In this document: piece after piece, positions 1 to 9,535 of the stretch | Position numbering within the stretch: position 1 is the stretch's first letter | Layout of the letters: every line of letters begins with the position of its first letter | Assembly (NCBI GenBank): GCA_965116025.1 | Contig: OZ220480.1 | Span: 1,664,001-1,728,000, forward strand | DNA length: 64,000 nucleotides | Reading direction: 5' to 3' | Source: an uncultured candidatus Porisulfidus sp. | Lineage (GTDB): Bacteria > Pseudomonadota > Gammaproteobacteria > Poriferisulfidales > Poriferisulfidaceae | Made by a program: the position numbers and the translations under genes | The notes under the pieces: generated by a model | The model's input: only the letters and a program-made list of their open reading frames with translations | Told to the model about the DNA's origin: nothing | The model's database searches: none

Positions 1-2
1 CG

Positions 3-2357
3 ATCCTGATTGTGGATGAACCGCAGAGCGTGGATGGTGGTTTGAGAGGGCGAGGTAAAGAGGCCTTGGGTTTAATGGACCCAATGTGCACGCTACGCTA
101 TTCGGCAACGCATGTTGATCAGCACCATATGGTTTACCGTCTGGATGCCATCAATGCCTACGAGCGCAAATTGGTCAAGCAGATCGAGGTGGCATCGGCG
201 GCGGTGGAGAATGCTCACAACCGGCCTTATGTTCGGCTGATATCAACAAGCAACACCCGCGGAATCAGCGCACGTGTTGAGCTTGATGTTGAAACTTTGG
301 GTGGGCATGTCCATCGCACGGTGAAATCGGTTCGAGACGGGGACGATATTGAACAGGTGACAGGTCGTGCGGTTTATCACGACTGTCGCATTGGCGAGGT
401 CGGGGTTGGGGAAAACGGTGCCTTCGTTAGGCTTTACGTACCGGGTGGAGAGTATTTCCTCCAGAAGGGGGAGGCTTGGGGAGATATGGATAGCACTACT
501 ATCCACCGCCAGATGATCCGACGAACGATTCGTGAGCATCTCGAGAAAGAGAAACGTCTTCGCCCGCAGGGAATCAAGGTACTCAGCCTTTTCTTCGTGG
601 ATGCCGTGGGAAACTACCGCCGCTATGACGAGGCTGGAAACGCTATCAAGGGCGTGTATGCGCGTATATTTGAGGAAGAGTACCAGTTGCTCGCGCAGAC
701 TCGCGACTATCAAGAACTATTCAAGGAAGTGGATCTCACGGTCGCGGCCGGGGAAGCTCACGACGGTTATTTCTCGATAGATAGGAAAGGTGGATGGACG
801 GACACCATCGAAAATAACCAGACTAATCGCGACAACGCAGAGCGCGCCTATAGCCTCATCATGAAGGAAAAGGAGAAGTTGCTCAGTCTTGATGAGCCGC
901 TCAAATTTATTTTCTCACATTCAGCGTTGCGCGAGGGATGGGACAATCCCAATGTCTTCCAAATCTGCGTCCTGCGCGACATCCAGACCGAGCTTGGGCG
1001 TCGTCAAACGATTGGACGTGGTTTACGCCTTTGCGTCAACCAGCGCGGTGAACGCCTACGTGGTTTTGAGTTGAATACGCTAACAGTGATAGCGAGGGAA
1101 AACTATGAGGAGTTTGCTGAAAATCTGCAGCATGAAATAGAGAAGGATACTGGGAGACCACTGGGAGTCATTGGACCAGATCAGTTCGCAGATATTCAGG
1201 TTGATGACGAAGGTACGGAGGATTTTTTTGGCGTGGATAGGTCACAACGCGTATATGACGATTTGCGAGCCAGATCTTATATTGATAAGGATGGACGAAT
1301 ACAGGACTCTCTTCGTAAGGCGGTCTGGGACGATACCCTGATTCTACCTAATGAGTTCGATAGGCAGAGAGCGGACATCATTTCCGTGTTGCAGAAATTT
1401 GCGAGAGGCGTTGAAATCAAAAATGCCGATAAGCGCCAAATTGTACGTCCACGTCAGGCGGTGATCGACAGCCCTGAATTCAGAGCATTGTGGAGTCGCA
1501 TCAAATACAAGACTGCCTACCACGTGACCTTCGATAATAAGGAGTTACTAAAAGAAGCGACTAAAGCATTGAAAAATTCGGACCATATATCTCCAACACA
1601 TTTGCAGTGGCGCAAAGCGGAGATATCTATCGGTCAGGCCGGAGTGGAGACATCTGAAATATCAAGAGCGGCACCTGTCGCTCTTGAAGATGCCGATATT
1701 GATCTTCCTGATCTGCTTACCGAGTTGCAAGATCGAACGCAGCTCACTCGGCACAGTATTTATAAAATCCTTATTCGCAGTGAACGTCTTGATGACTTTA
1801 AGCGTAATCCACAGCAGTTTATAGAGCGTACCGCGGATATCATTAATCGCTGCAAACAGTGTGCGTTGATCAACGGCATCAAATATCGACGGATGGGGAA
1901 AAACGCTTATCGCGCTCTGGAGTTTTCTGAACAAGAGCTAATTGGCTACTTAAAGAACACCATAACGCCTAAAAACCCTGAGAAGTCGGTTTATGAAAAG
2001 GTCGTTTATGAATCTGCTATAGAGCGCCGATTTGCTGAGGATTTGGACGCGCACGAGAGCGTTAAGCTTTATGCCAAACTGCCGAACTGGTTCAAGGTGC
2101 CGACACCGCTTGGAAGCTATAACCCCGATTGGGCTGTTCTGATTGCTACTGATGAAGGCGAACAGCTTTATTTCGTTGTTGAAACAAAAGGAAGCACACT
2201 TTTGGACGATTTACGAGGTGCGGAAGCGGACAAGATAAAGTGCGGCAAGGAGCATTTTCGAGCACTCCAGGGGTGTTCGAAATCGGCTAAATACGAGGTT
2301 GTTACCAGCGTTGATGAGCTACTTGAGAGAACGTTGCGAGATGATGGCTCGACTTGA
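3..2357 (+). CDS. res: Type III restriction-modification endonuclease (Res subunit), 5'-truncated by window edge
   Basis: Helicase motifs DEPQ, SATH, FSHSALREGWDNPNVFQIC, RQTIGRGLR; C-terminal PD-(D/E)xK nuclease YNPDWA...VVETKG. Confidence 0.92.
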   Translation: MLIVDEPQSVDGGLRGRGKEALGLMDPMCTLRYSATHVDQHHMVYRLDAINAYERKLVKQIEVASAAVENAHNRPYVRLISTSNTRGISARVELDVETLGGHVHRTVKSVRDGDDIEQVTGRAVYHDCRIGEVGVGENGAFVRLYVPGGEYFLQKGEAWGDMDSTTIHRQMIRRTIREHLEKEKRLRPQGIKVLSLFFVDAVGNYRRYDEAGNAIKGVYARIFEEEYQLLAQTRDYQELFKEVDLTVAAGEAHDGYFSIDRKGGWTDTIENNQTNRDNAERAYSLIMKEKEKLLSLDEPLKFIFSHSALREGWDNPNVFQICVLRDIQTELGRRQTIGRGLRLCVNQRGERLRGFELNTLTVIARENYEEFAENLQHEIEKDTGRPLGVIGPDQFADIQVDDEGTEDFFGVDRSQRVYDDLRARSYIDKDGRIQDSLRKAVWDDTLILPNEFDRQRADIISVLQKFARGVEIKNADKRQIVRPRQAVIDSPEFRALWSRIKYKTAYHVTFDNKELLKEATKALKNSDHISPTHLQWRKAEISIGQAGVETSEISRAAPVALEDADIDLPDLLTELQDRTQLTRHSIYKILIRSERLDDFKRNPQQFIERTADIINRCKQCALINGIKYRRMGKNAYRALEFSEQELIGYLKNTITPKNPEKSVYEKVVYESAIERRFAEDLDAHESVKLYAKLPNWFKVPTPLGSYNPDWAVLIATDEGEQLYFVVETKGSTLLDDLRGAEADKIKCGKEHFRALQGCSKSAKYEVVTSVDELLERTLRDDGST

Positions 2358-2374
2358 TCCTTGGATGGTAAATC

Positions 2375-2815
2375 GTGGACGCGCGAATAGTTGACCAGCC
2401 TTTCGACCCTTGCCGGGAAATCCAGGAGTTTCTGTCAGCCCACGCGGACCTTCGTGGAAAATATGGCGCGATGGTGGTGTTCGTTGGCGCGATGCGGTCG
2501 CGCAACGAGGGAGATTCGGTCCGATCTATGAACTTGGAGCACTACCCAGAGATGACCCAGAGGCATCTGGAGAATATCGCGCGCCAGGCCCAGGACCGAT
2601 TCGGACTCTTGGCCGTGCTCGTGCGCCATCGCGTTGGAAAAATCCAGCCAGGCGAGGATATCGTCCTCGTCTCGGTTTGGGCGGAGCGCAGAAAGGCCGC
2701 GTATGAAGGCAATCGGTTCCTTATGGAGGAACTCAAATCCACCGCTCCTTTTTGGAAAGAGGAAACTCTCGAGAGCGGCGAGCGGCGTTGGGTAGAGAAG
2801 AACTCCCCGGGATGA
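2375..2815 (+). CDS. moaE: Molybdopterin synthase catalytic subunit
   Basis: GAMVVFVG..R, LEHYPEMT, HRVG, LKSTAPFWKEE..RWVE. Confidence 0.95.
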   Translation: MDARIVDQPFDPCREIQEFLSAHADLRGKYGAMVVFVGAMRSRNEGDSVRSMNLEHYPEMTQRHLENIARQAQDRFGLLAVLVRHRVGKIQPGEDIVLVSVWAERRKAAYEGNRFLMEELKSTAPFWKEETLESGERRWVEKNSPG

Positions 2816-2817
2816 TA

Positions 2818-4080
2818 TCAGATGATCTCGCTGAACGGGATCACGTCGACGGCTTCTCCTTCCTGAACATCGCCACGCTCCATCGGTAGCATGATGAAGC
2901 AGTTCGCCCGGCTCATCGAAGTCAGGATTCCAGATCCCTGCGCGCCCGCGCGATCAACAGCGAGGTCGCCGTCAACGTTTCGGCGAAGCTCTCCTCGCTG
3001 GTATTCCACACGACCTTTCCTCTTGCGTAATGGCGAGGCGGCTGGAACGCGAAGGACCAGGGGTTCCCGCTCGGCCATCCCAGCCATGCGAAGCAGGGCG
3101 GGATGCGCGAATTGGTAGAACGTGACCATAACCGAGACCGGATTTCCGGGCAAGCCGAAGAAGCTCGCGGACCCGATTCGCCCGAACGCGAGGGGCCGAC
3201 CAGGCTTGACCGCGACCTTCCAGAAGCTCACGTCACCCAGCTCGCCAAGAACGTCCTTAACGTAATCGGCTTCCCCTACCGAGACTCCACCGGACGTGAT
3301 CACCACGTCGGCTCGCTCAGAAGCATCGAGAAACGCTTTCCGGATCGCCACCCGGTCGTCGCGCTTCACTCCCATATCCAGAGGATCGATATGGAGGCGT
3401 CGAAGCATGGCGGATAAGGTATATCGATTGCTGTTGTATATCTGCCCTTCCTCTAAGGGTTCGCCCACTTCCCGTAGCTCGTCGCCTGTGGAAAAAAACG
3501 CCGCTCGGACGCGCCGGCGGACCAAGACCTCGGTAATCCCGACCGAAGCGAGTAAACCCAATTCCGCGGGGCCAATTAGACACCCGGATTCCAAGATGAC
3601 CGTTCCGGCCGCGATATCTTCTCCAGCCGCTCGGACGTTTTGGCCGGGTTTCTCGCCCGCCGGAATCTTGATTTTTTTCTCGTCAAGGTTCTGGACTCTT
3701 TCTTGGATTACCACGGTGTCCGCGGCATCTGGCATGATTCCTCCCGTCATGATGCGAACGCATTCCCGCCTTTCTACTTTTCCGCCGTAAGGATGGCCAG
3801 CGAATGATGAGCCGATTAGCGTGAATGTTGCAGGAGCGTCGGATGGTAGATCTTGTCCGCGCAGGGCGTAGCCATCCATCGCGGAGTTGGCGTGCCCAGG
3901 TACATTGATTCCAGAAGAGATGCTGGAGGCCAGAACGCGGTCGAGCGCGTCCATGGTGGAAACGGTCTCCGTTTCGTCAACGGGAAGAATGGCGGCGCGA
4001 ATTCGCTCCGAGGCCTGATCTGGAGTGATCGATTCCGGATCGAAATCGTCCATGCAACTGAACGCCGCTTTCACGCTCAT
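2818..4080 (-). CDS. moeA: Molybdopterin molybdotransferase
   Basis: NSAMDGYA, STGDEL, SGGVSVGEADY, KPGRPL, GLPGNPVS. Confidence 0.96.
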   Translation of the reverse strand: MSVKAAFSCMDDFDPESITPDQASERIRAAILPVDETETVSTMDALDRVLASSISSGINVPGHANSAMDGYALRGQDLPSDAPATFTLIGSSFAGHPYGGKVERRECVRIMTGGIMPDAADTVVIQERVQNLDEKKIKIPAGEKPGQNVRAAGEDIAAGTVILESGCLIGPAELGLLASVGITEVLVRRRVRAAFFSTGDELREVGEPLEEGQIYNSNRYTLSAMLRRLHIDPLDMGVKRDDRVAIRKAFLDASERADVVITSGGVSVGEADYVKDVLGELGDVSFWKVAVKPGRPLAFGRIGSASFFGLPGNPVSVMVTFYQFAHPALLRMAGMAEREPLVLRVPAASPLRKRKGRVEYQRGELRRNVDGDLAVDRAGAQGSGILTSMSRANCFIMLPMERGDVQEGEAVDVIPFSEII

Positions 4081-4613
4081 CCTCGCGAGCGTCTCAGCAT
4101 GACGTTGACCGCCCCAGTATTGCCAGGCACGCTGTGGAAGCCGAGAACCTCTGGATGTTGAGGCAGGACGGCATCAACAAGCCCTTTCAGTCGCGAGCTG
4201 CGACTTTCGGAATGATGTCCTTTGCCGTGAATCAGGCGCAGGAAGAGGTGGTCTTCCTGTTGCGCGCGAGCGATTGATCTAGTGATGGTGTCGCATGCCT
4301 CTCGGGCGTTCAGTCCGTGCAGGTCTATTTCATCAAGGTAGGGAGCAAGCCGACCTCGGCGCAGGTTTTGGTAGTCCCTGTCCCGAAGTCCTGAGCGACG
4401 CCAGCTTAGAATCTCCTTTCCGTCCTTGGGAGAGAAGTTTGGCACTTCAAGCGTGTGAATTGGAATGGTATTCGCCGCCACTCCTCGTCGTTGGGAAAAA
4501 GGCGAGGGATGTTTGCTGGAAGCGTGGCTGGATTGAGAGTGACCGTCTAACGGCGTGACTCCCGCCATGGCTTGCTTAAACGCTTCGAGATCCTCGTCTC
4601 TGATTTTGTCCAT
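4077..4613 (-). CDS. Smr domain endonuclease
   Basis: F..AM.GV.PL N-terminus, IDLHGL, LIHGKG, GNTGAV.V.L. Confidence 0.88.
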   Translation of the reverse strand: MDKIRDEDLEAFKQAMAGVTPLDGHSQSSHASSKHPSPFSQRRGVAANTIPIHTLEVPNFSPKDGKEILSWRRSGLRDRDYQNLRRGRLAPYLDEIDLHGLNAREACDTITRSIARAQQEDHLFLRLIHGKGHHSESRSSRLKGLVDAVLPQHPEVLGFHSVPGNTGAVNVMLRRSRG

Positions 4614-4661
4614 GATGAAAAGAAGGGTTTTCGTTAATCATCAAGTATACCCAAGCCGAAT

Positions 4662-4958
4662 TTGGATATCTGGCTGGAAGGGAAAACCCATACGATTGAG
4701 AGGAGAGTGCAGGAAAAGTTGAAGCAAGTGAAATTTGGAGCCAGTCAGGCCATGGGTATCGGAGATTATTCAGGATTGGTCGCCAAGATTTATTTGGGAA
4801 GAATGGAAGAGTGCATGAAGAAAATCGAGTCCGATATCCATAGCGATATAGAAGCCAGGTTCAAGAGTCTTCAATGGTTTATTCTGGCCACCATCAGTGC
4901 GGCGGTAGGAATCATTGGCGTGCTGTCAACTATGCGGGTGGGTAATCGCGCTATCTGA
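4662..4958 (+). CDS. Small hypothetical protein, coiled coil plus C-terminal TM helix (DUF1640-like tail); start uncertain
   Basis: Charged helical stretch followed by LQWFILATISAAVGIIGVL; lower GC than flanking genes. Confidence 0.45.
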   Translation: MDIWLEGKTHTIERRVQEKLKQVKFGASQAMGIGDYSGLVAKIYLGRMEECMKKIESDIHSDIEARFKSLQWFILATISAAVGIIGVLSTMRVGNRAI

Positions 4959-5149
4959 AAGCGCATCATTAAGATCGTAGCCTACCTTTGGGTGGAAAGA
5001 TGCCACGCATGGGATGATTCATCCAATATCGGGCGAGATATTAATGCCAATCAGTCGTTTGGCGCACCAGCTCGCTAGCAGTCGGAAGGGAACTTAAGGT
5101 TAAAATGCGGACGGATGGGTTGTCGTTATCCTTGCGACCGCGCGCCACT

Positions 5150-5905
5150 ATGCACCTATTGCTCAGCAATGACGACGGCTATCAGGCCCCTGGGCTCGAA
5201 TGCCTAGCGGAGCGCTTAGGCGAACTGGCCTCGCTCACCGTGATCGCCCCGTCTCGCGACCGGAGTGGAGCGAGCAACTCCCTGACGCTGGGCCAAGACC
5301 TTCACGTGCGCGTCGCCCCGAATGGGTTTTACTACGTGGAGGAGGGCACGCCGACCGATTGCGTGCATCTCGGGATTACCGGGCTGATGGATCCAGAACC
5401 GGACATGGTGGTGTCCGGGATCAACGCCGGAGCCAATCTGGGAGACGATGTGCTTTATTCCGGCACGGTCGCGGCGGCCATGGAGGGCCGGACGCTGGGA
5501 TCTCCCGCGATCGCGGTTTCTCTCACGTCGAGGGCTCCACGGCATTATGAGACTGCCGCCCAAATCACTAGGGCTTTGATTTGCCACCTCAAGGAACGAG
5601 AGCTCCCGCCCGAGATCATTCTGAACGTCAATGTTCCAGATATTCCTCTTGGGGAATTACGAGGCTTGCGCATGACTCGATTGGGACATCGGCATCGAGC
5701 GGAACCGGCGATTCGGCAAAACAGAGGGAACGGCAGTTCCGTTTGGCGCGTCGGGCCGCCTGGACCAGACAAAGATGGCGGCGAGGGAACGGATTTCCAC
5801 GCGATTCGGGAAGGATTCGCCTCCGTCACGCCAATGCATGTGGATCTCACTCGGCATCGAGATTTCAGCACCCTATCGGAATGGTTGCGGCAGATCGCTT
5901 TGTGA
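5150..5905 (+). CDS. surE: 5'/3'-nucleotidase SurE
   Basis: LLSNDDG, SGASNSLT, GTPTDCV, SGINAGANLGDDVLYSGTVAAA. Confidence 0.97.
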   Translation: MHLLLSNDDGYQAPGLECLAERLGELASLTVIAPSRDRSGASNSLTLGQDLHVRVAPNGFYYVEEGTPTDCVHLGITGLMDPEPDMVVSGINAGANLGDDVLYSGTVAAAMEGRTLGSPAIAVSLTSRAPRHYETAAQITRALICHLKERELPPEIILNVNVPDIPLGELRGLRMTRLGHRHRAEPAIRQNRGNGSSVWRVGPPGPDKDGGEGTDFHAIREGFASVTPMHVDLTRHRDFSTLSEWLRQIAL

Positions 5906-6567
5906 GCCCGGTTCGAGACGAAGGGGCGGGCATGACCGCTGTGCGGCACCGGGAAAATCTGGTCGAGCGGTTGCGCGAGAAGGGCATTAAGAACGAAGCC
6001 GTGCTGCGGGCTATGCGCGAGACTCCGCGGCACCGTTTCGTGAGCGACGCGGTCGCGCGTCACGCTTACCGCGATGACGCTTTGCCCATTGGGTATAGCC
6101 AGACCATCTCCCAGCCATACATCGTGGCTTTCATGACGCAAACCCTGCTTGAGCCGGAGCCTCCTAGGAATGTGCTGGAGATCGGCACTGGCTCAGGCTA
6201 TCAATCCGCGGTTTTGGCGAAGCTTATTCGGCGGGTCTACAGTATCGAGCGCATCCCTCAACTGCATCAGCAATCCACCCGGATCTTGCGCGAGCTTGGT
6301 CTCGGCAACGTCTCGACTCGTCAGGGCGATGGAAGCGAGGGCTGGCCTGAATGCGCGCCCTATGAGGCGATCTTGATCACGGCCGCGACTCCAAGGCCGC
6401 CTGACGCGCTCCTGAATCAGCTGGCCGAAGGAGGGCGGCTGCTGCTCCCGGAGGGGGAGCACGACGGACCTCAGGCGCTAACGCTCTACACTCGCTCCTC
6501 GACGGGGATGAGGCGGGAGGAACTCATGGATGTCGCGTTCGTGCCGCTGGTGCCCCGGACGGAATGA
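5902..6567 (+). CDS. pcm: Protein-L-isoaspartate O-methyltransferase
   Basis: QTISQPYIVA, VLEIGTGSGYQ, FVPLV; GTGA overlap with surE stop (alternative start ATG 5932). Confidence 0.95.
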   Translation: MSPVRDEGAGMTAVRHRENLVERLREKGIKNEAVLRAMRETPRHRFVSDAVARHAYRDDALPIGYSQTISQPYIVAFMTQTLLEPEPPRNVLEIGTGSGYQSAVLAKLIRRVYSIERIPQLHQQSTRILRELGLGNVSTRQGDGSEGWPECAPYEAILITAATPRPPDALLNQLAEGGRLLLPEGEHDGPQALTLYTRSSTGMRREELMDVAFVPLVPRTE

Positions 6568-7145
6568 GCATGCGCCTATTCTCCGGGCTATATGAATGGA
6601 CGTTGCGCTGGTCCGGACACTCTCGGGCCCCTTGGGCCCTGAGTGGGCTGAGCTTCTTGGAATCCACCGTGTTTCCCATTCCCCCGGATGTCATGCTGGC
6701 TCCCATGGTGCTGGCGGAGCCGTCGAGGTGGTTGCGCTACGCGGCGTTAACTACGATCTTCTCGGTCTTGGGAGGGATCCTTGGCTATTTGCTTGGATTC
6801 TGGGCCTTCGACTGGGCATCCCCTTGGCTGTCCGGTAGCGATGACGCGTTCTCCGAGGCTCTGGAGTTGTTCCGGAAATGGGGCGTCTGGATCGTCTTCG
6901 TCGCTGCCTTCACTCCGATTCCGTACAAGGTTTTCACGCTCGGGGCTGGTTTTTTAGGGCTCGCGTTCGTTCCGTTCGTCGTCGCTTCCACGGTGGGGCG
7001 AGCGGCCAGGTTCTTCCTAGTTGCCGGCCTCGCGCGCTGGGTGGGGGGTCGTTACGAATCCTTGCTACGCCGTCATGTGGAAGCGATAGGCTGGTTAATC
7101 GTCGCTATTTTGGTGGCGGTTTTCGTATATCGAGAATGGCTCTGA
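6564..7145 (+). CDS. yqaA: YqaA/DedA family membrane protein
   Basis: FLESTVFPIPPDVMLAPM, FTPIPYKVF, GRAARFFLV; typical position after pcm. Confidence 0.88.
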   Translation: MSMRLFSGLYEWTLRWSGHSRAPWALSGLSFLESTVFPIPPDVMLAPMVLAEPSRWLRYAALTTIFSVLGGILGYLLGFWAFDWASPWLSGSDDAFSEALELFRKWGVWIVFVAAFTPIPYKVFTLGAGFLGLAFVPFVVASTVGRAARFFLVAGLARWVGGRYESLLRRHVEAIGWLIVAILVAVFVYREWL

Positions 7146-7903
7146 TAAGGAGCATCCGGCAGGCATTGATTCTTGGCGCGCTGTGCGTGGGCGCCGCCTC
7201 TTGCGCGAGCCTCCCCGACATCTTGCCATTTCCTTCACCTTCTCCTAAGGAGAAAGCCGAAACCCCGGTCATACGCGGGAAATCTTGCCGCCCGGTGCGG
7301 AACAAGGACATTACTTACACCGTTCGCAAGGGGGATACGCTTGGAGAGATCGCGCAATGCTTCAAGGCGAGCCGGCATAATATCGCTAGACGCAACAACA
7401 TCAAGAATCCGAACAGGATAAAGGTCGGGCAGAAGCTCATCATTCCGGCGCGGACTGGCAAGGCTGCACGGAGCGGAAGCAAGACGCCACTGAAAAAAGC
7501 GTCGAAACCCATGCGGCCGCCAGCTCGCGCGAAAAGCGGCATCGTCTGGGCTTGGCCCGTCAAGGGCAAGATCATCCGCAAGTTTTCTCCCAAAGGGTCC
7601 GGAAAACAGGGGATCGCCATTTCCGGGAAGATGGGACAGGCGATCAAGTCCGCCGCGTCAGGAAAGGTGGTCTACAGTGGAGATGGTTTGGTGGGCTATG
7701 GAAGGTTGATCATCGTGCAGCACGAGAAGGAATTTCTCACGGCCTACGCGCATAACGACCGCTTGCTGGTGAAGGAGGGGCAACGCGTCAAGAAAGGACA
7801 GATGATCGCGCGGATGGGGAAGACGGCCGCGAGGTCGCCGCGGCTTCATTTCGAGATGCGCTACAAGGGCAAGCCGGTCGACCCGCTCGCGTATCTTCCC
7901 TAG
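7136..7903 (+). CDS. nlpD: LysM/M23 peptidase-domain lipoprotein (NlpD family)
   Basis: Lipobox AASC, LysM YTVRKGDTL, M23 domain WAWPVKG...AYAHN...LHFEMR. Confidence 0.9.
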   Translation: MALIRSIRQALILGALCVGAASCASLPDILPFPSPSPKEKAETPVIRGKSCRPVRNKDITYTVRKGDTLGEIAQCFKASRHNIARRNNIKNPNRIKVGQKLIIPARTGKAARSGSKTPLKKASKPMRPPARAKSGIVWAWPVKGKIIRKFSPKGSGKQGIAISGKMGQAIKSAASGKVVYSGDGLVGYGRLIIVQHEKEFLTAYAHNDRLLVKEGQRVKKGQMIARMGKTAARSPRLHFEMRYKGKPVDPLAYLP

Positions 7904-8274
7904 GCCGGAAGGATCATGCAGGCCGCGATTTCGCGGCCATCTTGGGCCAGCAGGTTGTAGGTTCTACAGGCTGCCGCCGTGGTCATCGCTTCTAGACCGA
8001 TCTCCCGGGCCAGCAGATTTCCGTAGACCTCAGGATCGGGCAAGCGAAGCTTCGCGCCCGTCCCGAGGATCACTAGTTCGGGCTCGCGCTGAAGCGCCGC
8101 CGCGAAGTGTTCCGCTGTCAGTGGGGTGTTGGCGGGAATCTGCCACGGTTTAAGGTGGCTCCCGGGCAGAAGCATGAAACTTTCGGTGAGGAGCCGATCA
8201 TTGACGAGGATCCCCTCGGCGCCGCACGAGTGAATCACGAACTCCGCCGTCGCGCGATCTTCCTCAAACTGCAT
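7900..8274 (-). CDS. Mth938-like domain protein
   Basis: PELVILGTG, EAMTTAAACRTYNLL..DGR. Confidence 0.88.
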   Translation of the reverse strand: MQFEEDRATAEFVIHSCGAEGILVNDRLLTESFMLLPGSHLKPWQIPANTPLTAEHFAAALQREPELVILGTGAKLRLPDPEVYGNLLAREIGLEAMTTAAACRTYNLLAQDGREIAACMILPA

Positions 8275-8353
8275 GCGATTGACTATAATGGATGAAAGCA
8301 GGGCATTCGCCGTTGCGTGATTATAGAAAACCCAGACCGGCGGCCGCACTCCC

Positions 8354-9535
8354 GTGACTGAAGAGTTTCAGCGCGTCTCGCGCCTGCCCCCGTACGTTTT
8401 CAGCATCGTCAGCGACTTGCGGTCCAAAGCGAGGCGAGAGGGCAGGGATGTCATCGACTTCGGCATGGGCAATCCCGATCAGCCCACGCCCTCGCATATC
8501 GTGGAGAAACTCCGCGAGACCGTCACGCGCGGCGACACGCACCGTTACTCCACCTCGCGCGGCATTCCGCGCTTGCGGCAGGCCATCGCGAACTGGTATC
8601 GCCGCAAATTCGACGTGGAGATCGATCCAGAATCGGAAGCCATCGTGACGATCGGCTCGAAAGAGGGTCTCGCGCATCTGGCTTTGGCCGTCCTGTCTCC
8701 GGGAGACATGGTGGTCGTTCCGAATCCCGCCTATCCGATCCATCCTTACAGCTGCGTGATCGCGGGTGCCGAGCTCAACTATATTCCCATGGACGACGAG
8801 GAGGAGTTTCTGCATTCCCTGCGGCAGACCATAGAGAACTGCTGGCCGCGTCCCAGGATGCTGTTGCTCAATTTTCCCTGCAATCCGACCGGACACTGCG
8901 TCGGGTTGGATTTTTACGCCAAGGTGGTCGAGATAGCGCGCGAGCACAAGATGTGGGTGGTGCAGGATATCGCCTATGCGGAGCTGGCGTTCGACGGGTG
9001 CGAGATTTCGTCCATCCTGCAGGTGAAAAAGGCCAAGGACTTGGCCGTAGAGTTCTATACCTTGTCGAAATCCTACAACATGCCCGGATGGAGGGTTGGC
9101 TTCATGTGCGGGAATCCTAGGCTGGTCAGCGCGCTTTCGCGTATCAAATCCTATGTGGATTACGGGTTGTTCACGCCGATCCAGGTGGCGGCCATCGCCG
9201 CGCTGGAGGGTCCGCAAGACTGCGTCAGGGAAATCTGCCAGACCTACCGAGAACGCAGGGACGTGCTGTGTGATGGGCTTAATTCCATGGGGTGGCCGGT
9301 GGAGAAGCCTCCCGCCACCATGTTCGTGTGGGCGCCGCTCCCGGATGCCTACGCGGATCTGGGTTCGCTCGAGTTCAGCAAACAGCTCTTGAAGCGGGCC
9401 GGAGTGGCCGTGTCGCCAGGGATCGGGTTCGGGCAGAACGGAAATGGACACGTGCGCTTCAGTCTTATAGAGAACGCGCAGCGCACGCGCCAGGCGTTGC
9501 GGAACATCAAATCCATGATGCGGGAGGCCCTATGA
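8354..9535 (+). CDS. alaC: Alanine transaminase (class I PLP aminotransferase)
   Basis: RLPPYVF, IDFGMGNPD, TLSKSYNMPGWRVGF; upstream of hom-thrC. Confidence 0.9.
   Translation: MTEEFQRVSRLPPYVFSIVSDLRSKARREGRDVIDFGMGNPDQPTPSHIVEKLRETVTRGDTHRYSTSRGIPRLRQAIANWYRRKFDVEIDPESEAIVTIGSKEGLAHLALAVLSPGDMVVVPNPAYPIHPYSCVIAGAELNYIPMDDEEEFLHSLRQTIENCWPRPRMLLLNFPCNPTGHCVGLDFYAKVVEIAREHKMWVVQDIAYAELAFDGCEISSILQVKKAKDLAVEFYTLSKSYNMPGWRVGFMCGNPRLVSALSRIKSYVDYGLFTPIQVAAIAALEGPQDCVREICQTYRERRDVLCDGLNSMGWPVEKPPATMFVWAPLPDAYADLGSLEFSKQLLKRAGVAVSPGIGFGQNGNGHVRFSLIENAQRTRQALRNIKSMMREAL

Noticed and set aside
8321-9451. Long antisense ORFs (this one, 52574-53536, 56472-57557 and others)
   Set aside because: Shadow frames of well-supported genes in GC-rich DNA, with no recognisable motifs.
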